Source of the DNA: Saccostrea cucullata
Lineage: Eukaryota
Reading direction: 5' to 3'
DNA: 64,000 nucleotides
Assembly: GCF_032062105.1 (NCBI RefSeq)
Contig: NW_026927480.1
Location: 1-64,000 of the forward strand
Shown here: piece by piece, positions 13,150 to 25,200 of the stretch
Numbering within the stretch: position 1 is the stretch's first letter
How the letters are laid out: every line of letters starts with the position of its first letter
Made by a program: the position numbers and the translations under genes
Notes under the pieces: generated by a model
What the model saw: the letters and a program-made list of their open reading frames with translations, nothing else
The model's database searches: none
What the model was told of the DNA's origin: nothing

Positions 13150-16100
13150 ATGGATAAATCTGTTATTTTGTGGTTGTGCATGTTGTTGATTTCAGGCGGA
13201 AGTGATGGATTTTTAATGTGTTCTCTGACGTCATATATGCCAATGTTTTGTTCACTACAATGTCCCAATGGGTATGCCAAAGATAGTTCTGGGTGCACTA
13301 CATGTAAATGCGCAACGCCCAACCAAGGTGAGTGAACCGTCAAATTTTAGAGGACCTAGCGTTTCTATTTATAGATTTACATAAACAATTATTAAACGCG
13401 AGGCTTTGTTCGTTAAAAATATTGCTGTTTTTTTAAATAAAAATCAATGATCGAATGCACATTGAATGGGTTACAATTTTAATATTTGTTTTAATATGAA
13501 ATTGCCTTGCCTTTCACACATAAATGGTAAAAATACATAAATAATTTTTTTTTCCATTAGAAAATAAGTAAATAAAAATACCAATAATGTGATTATTAAC
13601 TAAGTGGAAAAAAGTCTTAAATTAACAACTTTATCAATTGACACTAATATTATTTCTTGTACTTTTAGTACGCGTAAGATCATTATTATTTGATGCAATC
13701 TCAGCATTCATTTTAATCATCCGTATACACACTATTATGCACACATTCAAGAGAAATAAATTTAATTGTTCATTTTTTGGGCTATTTATTAAACAACTTT
13801 TTCAAACATATTAGGTCCATATTTATTTATTTGTTTACATTTGTCGTTTGAGATTCTTTTAATATGCCCAACTAAATAATAAAGTCGTTTTACCTTAATA
13901 ATACCATTTCCATTCGACGATAAGTACATTTTTCTTTAAATATATTTTCTGATACAAATCCAGATACATGTTACATGTATTCACGTAATCAATGATATAT
14001 TTATAAACTGTAAATGACACTACACACAAGATTTAAATGCCATCTTTAAGTGAAGGTGGTTATATATCAGTCTGAATCGAAAAGGGGGTATATTCAGTTT
14101 GTTTGTTTGTGTGTTTGTTTGTTTTGTTTTTTTTATCACGGAATCAGAACCTTTTTTTTTTTAAACATAAAATGGCATTATCTAAGAAACTTCACCACAG
14201 GAAAGGGATGTCTAATAATTTCACATCATATTAAAATTTTTTTTTTAAAAAATGACTGAAATGAAAAGTTCAAAAATTGATTGTAGACACACGTAGCTAT
14301 GGGCACTTTCTACATCTTAGCTACCCATGTTCTTGTTTCAGTGTTTCTTTTTTCCTTGTTGTTTTCTTGTAATGTCCGCCCTCACCTGGCGAGGATGGGC
14401 AGAAAAATGATATCAGCTGGTCAGTTACTATTGACCTCATTCTTCTATCAATAATCACTCTACATTTAGAATCAAGGCCACACTTATATATATATATATA
14501 CTTAGATATTTATAGAAATGCAATGTCCTTGGTGTAATTTTAGTATAGTTTTAGTATTTAGGTGACCCATTTGCAAAGCTAGATGCTACATAAAATTAAA
14601 TTCCAAAAGGCATACAAAACCTGTACATTTTAAAGAAAAATAAGAATAATAAAATCAAATTTTCTAAAAGATTTGCAATTCGCATAAATTATTTATCTTG
14701 CATGTAAGCATTATTTTTTTCTCTCTTGCATATTGACCTAATTTACCTTGCATATAGAAAAATGTAACCTGCGAAAATAATGATGTCATAAAATTTCAAT
14801 GTATGCACACATTTTCTTTCACGATAATTGCTGCCTGCTATAACAAAAAAAAATATTGTAGCTCTGAAGTAAAACGCATATTAACAAAAAGTTTATTTTT
14901 GGTTTAGATTCTGCCGCAATGACCCAATCCCAGAGTTCCCAAGCAAATTCCCAAAGTATTTCCGGTTCTCATGCAAATCCTCAAAGTATTTCCGGCTACG
15001 CACATCCGTGTTTACCTCATCAACAGTTCTGTCCCCTGAATTGCCCAGAAGGATTCGTGACCGGAAATGGAGGCTGCCAATTCTGTATATGTTATCAAAG
15101 CAACATAACTGGTACAAAACTTAGACTTACAGTGTAATTGTTAAATTTATACGACAGTGTTTCTTGATAGAACGGGAAATTATTATACCGTTGAAAGAAA
15201 GATAGTAAATCAGATATAAAGTTTTTTTTCAAAATAGATTCCTAGTAATAAATGATTTTTTTTGAAACGAAGAATTCATTCTATATTTTATTTTGCCACG
15301 TTATGAATACATAGAACACATAATCATGTAGTATTAGTGTCAATATCGTTATTTTCATTTTTTTAAGAGAAAAAGAAACATTACAAGCATTTTTTCTCCT
15401 AATTTGTCAAGAAGCTCGTGAGGTTCCATTAATGGCAAGTAATAATTGTCATTTTTTTTTTCAAAATTTATTTGGATTTCAGATTCAGTGACAACACAAC
15501 CACCCGTAACTACCACCCTCAGCCACATTAAAGTCCACATGAGTAACCCCTGTATCCGAAATCAGACTATTTGTGACAAGTACTGCGCGGAAGGATATCT
15601 GCTAGGACCGGATGACTGCCAATACTGTCTGTGTAGGAATCTCATCCCCGGAATCGTATACACTAAAGGCATACAACCCACATTCTGACTCCAGGATTTC
15701 TAATGACTGTTTTATCGCAGTTAACTATTTGTTGTCAGCTTTTTTTCTCTAAATCGGCACTATTCTATTATTTCTGTAGTTTTTAGAATAAGAATTTATC
15801 CAGAAGGGTTTTTTTTCAATTATAAACATACAAATAACTCCATACAGACAGGTAAACAGTGTAGTTTTGATTGTTTAAAGCATGAATGTTTGATTTTAGC
15901 GCCAACTACAACACCGTCCTCAGAAACGACAACTCTGGCATACTACCTACCTAATCCTTGTCAGTCAGGGCAACATGTGTGTACAGCCCACTGTGAGTAC
16001 GGATACATCCTAGGCCCGGGGAATTGTCAGTACTGCATGTGTGGCGCCAAAACCACTCCCGTCACAAAAGCCATACCAGGTAAATAAAAACGATGACTGC

Positions 16101-16910
16101 TTTAAAAGGTTGCAAATACAATGTGTAACCAACGTAAAATTTATTGCATCCTTATTCTTTTGTGGGGCCCTAAAGCTAAATAATACAATTCATTATGAAG
16201 AATAATAAGTACAGATTGTAAAATTAAGTGACGGTATTTGTTCAAACCTTCTGTGCAGCGGTTAGCTTTTCTCTTTACTGCTTTAGGTGTAAACCCAGCA
16301 GGAAGTGATATAGCGCCAGCTACAACCCCATTTCCTTCCGGTCACATGGATAACGAATGCGCCATTGCGTTTACAATTTGTCAAATAAAATGTAAACACG
16401 GATTTCTGGCCGATACCGTGGACTGCAGACGCTGTGTGTGCAAGGATGCCATATACAAAGCCGGTTAGTGTATGTATTGAATGATTTATCTTTGTTTTGT
16501 TTTAAATAAAAACATAAGCCTATATGTAAATACTTGTCAAAAGAACATCCAGGATAATATTGAATTTCAATAGATTTAATCAAAAGTTACGGTATTCAGA
16601 CATCTTAAAATAATTTCATTTTTAATTTACTGATGTAAAATTTAAACTCGTGCCATTAGTAAACTAATTATAAAAATATGTAAGATAAAACTAATGATAT
16701 TAAAACAAATTATATCTCCGTTGCGGTATCATCAACAATTATCTGTTTGTCATTTTAGCGGGAATTAACGAGGCGGACGAACCCGATATTAAGCTTCTGA
16801 ACCCATGTGTTCAAGGACTGGACGTCTGTAACGTCTTCTGTTACCATGGCTACCTACGTGGACCACGTGATTGTCAGTACTGCGCGTGTCAGTTTGTAAA
16901 AAACGTATAA
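13150..16910 (+). CDS. Secreted antistasin-like repeat protein, 6 Cys modules (one per exon), ~358 aa
   Basis: Exons 13150-13327, 14908-15111, 15483-15668 (GC donor), 15900-16079, 16287-16463, 16759-16910; all introns phase 1; 1077 nt open. Leader MDKSVILWLCMLLISGGSDG-FL. Each exon has C-x(6-9)-C-x3-C-x2-G-[FY]-x6-C-x2-C-x-C. Confidence 0.85.
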
Positions 16911-17444
16911 TAAACTTAGGATAAAGTTTGTTTTGTTGTTTAATATAATTTCGTATTTAAGTTGTGGCTTGGTAAAATTTTAATTGAATGATTAAATTTT
17001 CTTTTTGGAAATCGCCAATAAATTAAATTTGTATGACATGCGCAAACAGCGGGCAGTTATTGTACTACATGTAACACCGCCAATGAAATTGGTAAGATGA
17101 TTTAAAAATACATGTAATGTGCATATATATTAAGCAAAAGGATTCAAAGAGTATTGAGAAAGACAATACGTGTGTTAAACAGGTGCTAGATGAATGAGTA
17201 CATTATCAATCGCTAAAATCACGAGAGTCGGAATTTCTTTATTCATAAAAAATTATTTGGAAAATATTATTATACAGTGTATCTTCAATTGAAAAAAATA
17301 TATACTAGTATTAAAGGTGCATGGACACAGCTTCAACTGATTTTTAAAAACCAATTTTAATGTTTACAATTCCTAACTAGTGCATTATATGATGATCAGC
17401 AAAACTTTTGTCATTTGTTGATGAAAACGAGATACAGAACTTAA

Positions 17445-17933
17445 AGGGGCAATGACACAGTTTTAACTGAATTTTTAAACCGATTTTAATGCTTACTATA
17501 CCTAATTAAGACATCATCAAATGATCAGCAAAAATTTGAACATCATTTATTGATAAACAAACAAGATACAGAACTTAAAGTTCTTCAAAATGTAAAGGGC
17601 TCGTGCCTTGTTTTTGTTTACATATAGAAATATTTTATTTATAGCAAAATGAAATTTAGCAAATCACTAGAAACTGTCTATATGTAATAAGAATTAACTT
17701 CTTTATTGGAACTATCTGCTTTGAATGAACATTTATTAGTATATTAATCTATGTAAACGAAACATGACACGGACCTTGTTTACATAACAAAGTTTTGGAG
17801 CTCTAAATCTGTCTTGTATGTCAACAACTGAAGTTCAAATTTTCGAAAATCATTAGAAAGACCTTAGTTAAATATTTATAAAAATGTGAAAATAAATCAT
17901 TTTTTTTTTAGCTCAAACTGTGTCTATGCCCCT
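17445..17933. mobile_element. Second copy of the same TTAA MITE family, inserted inside the first
   Basis: ttaa|aggggcaatgacacag ... ctgtgtctatgcccct|ttaa. It interrupts the outer copy at gatacagaac-ttaa-agttcttc, a site present intact inside this copy (~17566-17590). Confidence 0.8.
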
Positions 17934-18237
17934 TTAAAGTTCTTCATAATGTAAACAAGGCTCGTGTCTTGTTTATGTTTACAATATAGAAAATATCATA
18001 TTTAGATCTATAACAAAATGAAATTCATCACTAGAAACTGTCTAATTATATTTAGAATTTACTTTTAATTGAAATTATCTGCTTTGGACGTACATATATT
18101 AGTTATATTAACATATGTAAACAAAAAACATAACACAGAAGATGTTTACATGACAAAGGTTTGGAGCTCTAAATCAATCTTGTATCTCGACAACTGAAGT
18201 TTACATTTTTGATGATCATTAGAAAAACCTTTGTTAA

Positions 18238-19760
18238 GATATGTCACTCGTCAGCTTTTTGGAAAAGTTCACGCAGAACCTCTTACTTCAAAACCATTAA
18301 TTAAAATGCAATTTTAATGACAAATTTTAATTCAACAATGTTAATGTTTTACCATTCAACGAAAAAACTACCTAAAAAGTTTCTAAGAAGCAAGATTTAT
18401 GAGGGACTATTTCTTGTGGTGGAAGGATATTTAGCAGATAATTCTGGAAATCTGCACATTTATTAAATTGAATATCCTGGAACTTTAGCCTCGCATACTT
18501 CTACTCGGATAATATTTTCCGTTATATTGCATTTATTAAATTAAAATTTACATATTTTTCTGAAAATTACATATTTTGACCAATGTTTCAAAATTAACAT
18601 CACTGACCCAAAATTTTTGTCCCCCGCTTGAAAAGTGGGGGATTTAGCTTTCTGTCTGTCTGTAACTTTTATCTCGAGAACCCTTTGAGCTTTTGCAATG
18701 AAATTTTAGCAACTCCCCTAAAGAGGACCCCTATTGATTTTGAGGTCAAAAGGTCAAAACTCAAGGTCATAAATAAGCAAATTCTGTCTGTTAAAACACT
18801 TTCGTTTCCACACGATATCTCTAGAACCATTTGAGCTATTGCAATGAAATTTTATATAACAACTCCCTGTGGCCTAATAAAGACCCCTATTGATTTTGAG
18901 GTCAAAATCAAAGTTAGGTCGTAAATTTATAATTCTGTCTGTGTGTTTATATTTTTTTAGAGCTTATGCAATGTAATTTATATCAAAACTCCCTAGGACG
19001 TCTCTCGCCCCTCTCAAAGTGCCCCGCCCCGTTTGTTTTTATAGTATTAATTACATGTCGCTATTTTTGCAGGGGCAAAAAATGAAGATAGAACTGTTTA
19101 ATCAAATAAATCAAGGAATATATAAAATTTACATCATTTCTCTCGCCTCAGATGTGAGAAAATTCGGTCGAACCTTTCTTTTTTTTCTTTTCTTTTTTTT
19201 TCATATTTTGACCATGTGAAATGAAAAAATGTTTCAAAATATAAAAACATACTGACCTATGCAAACTTTTTCTTACATGTAAACATTCTTTAAAAAGTAC
19301 TCGAATTCTCTGAATTAGCTTGTTTTAAAAGAACTCGATACTTGTGACTGATCAGCACTTAAGTCGTAAAAAGCTTGATTTAAGAACATGTTTTATTGTC
19401 TATTTAGTTTTTAATACCCCAAATATGTTACTTTTTGGTGCAAAAAGGTCACAAAGTAATTTACGCGCACGGATTTGCAAGTTTTGTTCAATGATAAATA
19501 TTATTCAAACTATTTTACGTAAAATAATATTGTATTTATTGCCATAGTTATATCTGATAAAATATTATAAAGGTTAAAGTAATTTACCAAAGAGTTTAAA
19601 TTTAAGTGCAAAAAGGTCAACCTAATTGTACCGTAGATCAGGAAGATGCACACTCACCCCCTATTTTTTCTGCGATTTTGAGTTACACTGTATGAGTACT
19701 TATCTAAAATATACTTCTTTAAAAAATCCTTGATTTAACAAAGTTCACGAGTGACATATC
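18238..19760. mobile_element. TTAA-flanked TIR element of a different family, nested in the outer MITE
   Basis: TIR gatatgtcactcgt(c/g)a(g/a)cttt at both ends (21 bp, 2 mismatches), TTAA on both sides. Confidence 0.8.
18614..19040 (+). mobile_element. Helentron-associated (HINE/pearl-like) element fragment with internal tandem repeats
   Basis: Starts tttttgtcccccgc...gggggat (hairpin), then a ctgtctgtctgt microsatellite, then 2+ repeats containing gacccctattgattttgaggtcaaa; architecture typical of bivalve Helentron non-autonomous elements. Right boundary uncertain. Confidence 0.55.
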
Positions 19761-20147
19761 TTAAATATTGTAAAAATGGAAAATTAAATTTGAAAATTTT
19801 AAGCTAAAACTGTGTACATGTCCCTTTAAACTAATGAAACATTGTTTCCGAATAGTTATTTTTTCATAATAAAAACTTCAGACTTCTGTGTTTAAAAAAT
19901 CTTGAAATGAAGTTGAAGAAAATATATATATGACCTTTAACGTAACATGTCCAACAGATCGGTCAACGGACCAGTTAATGTTATCAAATTCGTTATATCC
20001 GCTTTGAAATTTTCACCTGCATAATATCTCCCCCTTCCATATTTTATCAAACAAGCATGATTCTACAACCTTGGAAGCATGACATAAAAAGACGCGATGA
20101 TTCCAATACTCCATCATTGACGCGATCTAGTGGAGAAAACCGGAGAC

Positions 20148-21567
20148 ATGAAGCTGTTGGAAGTACTTTGTTGCCTGCTAATAGGTAGGTGCTTATCAAA
20201 ATGATAAATTGACTCGTTTGTGTTTTACATAAATGTGGATTCTCTAGGCCTCAGAGTCTTGCAAAATCACATGTATTTCTGACTTTTAGTCACAATTCTA
20301 GTGCCTTATAAAATAAATCTTTAAAAATTTAAATATTATCGTGATAGAAAAACAATTAGTTTCTTAATATCATAAACTGTGTGTCATGTATCGAAGTTTA
20401 AGTATATGGTTGCAGGCTTTTATGAGTTGCTTCTAATTTGCATTCTTTCGTTTATTCGTATGCCTTTGCATTCTGCTTCTTTCAGCTGATGCACACGGAT
20501 TTCTTTACGACTCCTTTGGTTTCGGTGGTTGTCGACCAATCACATTCTTCTGTCACCTGTCATGCGCAAACGGTTATGAGAAAGATGGCGCTGGTTGCGA
20601 TATCTGCCACTGCAAAGGAGTGGGTAAGAAGACAAAATAATCTCAGCTGCTAGTCATCAGATAGAAATTATGAGAGAGGCTTGTAAAATAAGAACACCCA
20701 AGGAGTTGGTATGAAATTAACTCAAATAACTTCAGCTGCTAAGCATAAGATAGGAATTATGAGAGAGATGCTTGTGAAATACGTACAAACAAGACTTTAC
20801 TCTATATCAGAATTTAATACATAAAACTATTATAATACATTTGACAAATTGTCATTTCTATACGTTCAAAATATTAACAAATCTAAAAAAAAAATTCTAA
20901 GTTTGCGCATCTACAAATAAACCTTGTTAATCGTTAGACTCACATCTCCTGACGGCGGACGGAAGTCACCACCATATTAGCAATCCATGTATACCTCACC
21001 AGATGAATTGCCCTTTGAACTGTGAATATTACGTCAAAGGTGGAACCGGATGTGAATTTTGTATGTGCGACAATTCTCATCACAGTAAGTTTATTTTCTC
21101 GAAAATTGATGTCATTTTGTCGAATGTATCTAATCAGAAACATAAGTAAACGTAATGTATATTTTCAGTATATTTCACTGCGTCATGTCAGGCAGGCATG
21201 TAGATCAGTTTAGTACATCTTGTGTTAAAATTAACAAGGTCCTGAGTCCATTGAACTATATCTCCTTTCTGAAAACGAAAGATCATGCATGTGTAGTAAA
21301 ATTATAAACTAAAGTTGAAGTTCCATTTTTTTTACAGACACGGTACAGCCATCAACCGACAAACCAACAACAACTGCTTCAGCTACATCAGCACCACAAA
21401 CCCCAGCGCCGACAACTTCCGCTTCCGTTAATACTACTGGCGCCACCACCCATGATCCAATCGACTGCGAGCTTACAAAACAAGTCTGTGACCAAAAGTG
21501 TCATGGCGAATATCTCATTGATCACAAGGACTGCACGTTTTGTGTTTGTAAATCGGACCTAGGTTAG
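20148..21567 (+). CDS. Small secreted antistasin-like protein, 3 Cys modules plus Thr/Pro linker, ~183 aa, paralog of the 13150-16910 gene
   Basis: Exons 20148-20184, 20486-20623, 20938-21084, 21338-21567, all GT-AG phase 1, 552 nt. Leader MKLLEVLCCLLIADAHG-FLY. Module 2 NPCIPHQMNCPLNC matches HPCLPHQQFCPLNC of the neighbouring gene. Missed by the ORF track. Confidence 0.85.
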
Positions 21568-22211
21568 GTTTTTGAATTACTGTTTTAAGCTGTTCTCTAT
21601 CTCCATAGCAACGTATGGTTAATTATCATTTCCTTTATCATGAAGGCATAGCCTCATAATTGGTGGTAAAATTATCGTTAAAACATTGTGGTGAAAGTTG
21701 ATGAATGAAAGGAGGCATGGGAACAAATGGGTGTATTTTAAAAAGTGCTACATTTAATCAAGATTTTTTGTTTTTGTACATTTGTAAAAAATGATTGAAA
21801 TAATGCTTTTATCAAATTACTGTGATCACTAGCGGGGAAAGATGACAAGGCAAGTTAAACTCCTTGTGTAATTTAATGTTGTGTTAAATGTTTTATTTGA
21901 TTTAATAAAATATGGTTTAAAACTACAAATACAACATTGGATGTTACAATTTGTTTTTAAAAATTGAATAGGAATGCTTAAAGTCAGCAGGGAAAAATAT
22001 ATAGAAATAACACTAAATCTAATTAATAAGTATAAAAAGACCTTCATACTTCAAATGGTAATATTCTAATGTCTTTTAACAAAACATTAACAAGAGAACC
22101 ATAAAAAATTTTTAGAACAGTCAATGAAATTTGCCTTCTTCGGAGTACAAAAACTACTTTTGAAGTGAAGAAAAACACAACTTTATCCGCATCTTTCTAA
22201 AACGTTCGTCG

Positions 22212-25200
22212 TCACCGATGTTTGTTTTGCTGCTGTGTAAATTCTACTATCGCGGTATCTTCCGTTGGAGTATATTTACCCCGGGGGTACTCCGCCTCGT
22301 TTTGAGATTTTTCCCACGATAAGGCTATATCCTCGAATGTTCTATTTTTAGTCTCTGGTAGATAAGCGTACACAAATATCCAGAAGAAGAGGAGAAGAAC
22401 GGTAAACGGGAGGAAAGAGTAATTATCCAGTCCCTCCTGAAACAGAATCGAGAAGATGTAAAATTGCAATCCGGAAATCAACATTGGGCACTAATATATT
22501 CATCTTTCAACATTGGAAATACTTGTATTTTTATCAAATATTTCATAGATTTTATTTCAAGGAATAAGTACTGTTTTTGAACAAAACCTATAAAAAATAC
22601 GCATTTAATATCCTATATATACAAAGTTATTCAAGCTGACCAAAATGGACGTCATAAAGTCAATGACCATGTAAATGATAGGTGAAACTTTTTTTTCATC
22701 TTACGGCTTTAAAAAGAAAATGTTGCTTCAAGTCTTTAAAACATGCACAATATTAAAAAAAGATTTTATTTACCTGCATGATGGGAAATACATATCCCAC
22801 AGCAAAGTTGAAAGCCCAGTTGATAAGAACTGATATACTCATTGCGGAAACACGCGGTCCCTGCGTGAATAGTTCAGCTACTATCATCCAAGGAATGGAT
22901 CCTTTAAAGAAGCATGTAATTAAAGTTAGGTTCGTCAACAGGGTATTATTTCCTATCTCTACAAATCAACCTTTGGTTTACTATACAATATTGGAAGGAG
23001 TGATTAATTGATTTCATTATACCTCTACTGATTTTTTTCCTATATAAACTTAGTTAAATATCAAGAATTACACAGAAATCGCTGTGAATGGACTACTCCC
23101 CGTGTGTTAGTCAAATGAGCTAATCCCTGCTTTAAAAGCTAATTTCCGGTTATCCGTAATACCCTAGAGTTTACTTTTGTATTCGTATAATATATAAATG
23201 AATTAATTCCCGTGCGTTGGTCAACTGAGCTAATCCCTGTTCCGAGAGCTATTTCCCAGATATTCGTTATCCTCTATTTTTCATACGTTTGTATCAGTAT
23301 AATAAAACAGTTAAAAAATAAATCAGTGAGGGAATTAGCAATATTCTAGATCCCCGCGACAAGGACTATTTCCCTGAGCTGCGATTCAGATTCGGGAAAT
23401 AGTCCTAGCCTATGGCAACTGGAATCTTGCTAAATCCCTCAATTATATACTCTAAGGCCTAACTGTATAATACCTGGTCCAATGGCGAAGAAGACAACAT
23501 AGAGGAGAGACACGACCACATTCGCCGTGTCAAACCACGGCACCTCGTCCTGTAAAAATAGCAAAGGAACAAAACATTATGAACATTCGTTCACTTCTTT
23601 TCTGATGGGCAGAAAGGTTTCAGGTAAATAACGCAGCAAATTTCCTCAAGAAGATTGTATCAGCTACAGTAAAATTTATTTTACATACTTACATGTATAA
23701 ATAATTCCGATTTAAAAATATATTTTGATACCGACATGAAATAAGTGACCACTAACATGAAACGGTACTTTTGACAATTAATTAATAAAGATATTTACGT
23801 TGTGTCTGTCTCTCTGATTTAACAAGAAAAGAAAACAAAATGTAGATTTTTCAATTGATTCTTATGAGTGCAAGTATTTTTAACTGGACTTCTCAGCTGA
23901 TTGTAAACTTCCATGCTTATATCATAATTATACTTAAAACGCAAACCAGAGAAATGAATTGAAACTTAAACATTTCTACATCGAAAAAAAGAAGTCAAGT
24001 CTTCTTACCGTCAGGGACAGTGTAATGGTGATCAGAATGCTGAAGATGAACATCCCCGCTAATCCGGTCAGATGTAAGCTCCGCCTCCCGATCCTGTCCA
24101 TCAACGGAATGGTGATGAGCGTCATGACAACCATGATGGCGCCGATTCCGCTTGTTGCGTGCGCAGCAAGGTCATCGGAAATACCGGCGCTGGTAAATAA
24201 TCTGAATGAATAGTAAAATATCTGGAAAAAGAGGAAAATTCAACCGTTATTCAACAAGAAATATCAGTAAAAGGCTTAAGGGTAAAAAAACAAGGTGTCT
24301 TAAAATGGCCATATTCCTTGAACATTGAGAAAAAAAATAAATACTATAAAAAGAAAACGAAGAAATTTTATAATCAAAATGGAGTTGTTCTAAAAGGTAA
24401 TGGTACGTTGTATTTCACGTCCATTCGTAGATTTTTGATGCTTGTGGACCTCGCAGGTTGATGACGTTATTGTTGTTTATCTTTTCACTAATTTTGAGAA
24501 GCCACAACTTCCATGTTGAGCATGTTGAGGGCTGCAAATTTAAATCCATTCTCGAGACTTAAAGCCTTTCAGCAGCGTGGGACCTTTTTAATGCCAGCAT
24601 CTACTTCAAAACGGGACCTCGACTTATACAGTCATATCCAAAGGACCAGTCCGACTTTATGCAATTAGATTCGAAGTGGTCAACCTCTCGCTTGGCGAAT
24701 TTCGAGAAAATGTTCTATCCACTGGACCAAGCGGGAAATTTCCAGAGAAATGTATACTTTTGCGTTTAGTATTCATCATGAAAAACAGTTATCAATTGTT
24801 TTAGCTGTTTTAAATGTTTACTTGAGAACAATCAGCATTCAGTTGTGTTCAATACATTAAACATGTAACAATTCACTTTCGATTCTATTGGAGAAAACGC
24901 AATAGGGACAGTCTGACAGCTTACAAAAACGTATTTTCAGGAAATCTTGCAAATTCTCATTTGATAATCCTGAAATTCTTACTGAATACTGACATATTAT
25001 TCTCAGTGGTTTGGTTTATTTAATTTTGATTTCAAAATTCTTTATTTGAAGATAAATTAAAAATGTCACGGGACTTCAGTTTGACTTACTGCGTTGATTC
25101 CTGACAACTGCTGTGACAAATGCATGACAATGCTGATGATAAGGGGCATGCGCAATGACTTCTTCTTCAACAGGCGAAGTATTCCAATCTACAAGAAAGC

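Larger units (their letters stand above)
17315..19825. mobile_element. TTAA-flanked non-autonomous DNA transposon (Kolobok/piggyBac-type target site), outer element of a nest
   Basis: ttaa|aggtgcatggacacag ... ctgtgtacatgtccct|ttaa. Internal sequence is colinear with the sister copy at 17445-17933 once the insertions are removed. Confidence 0.75.
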
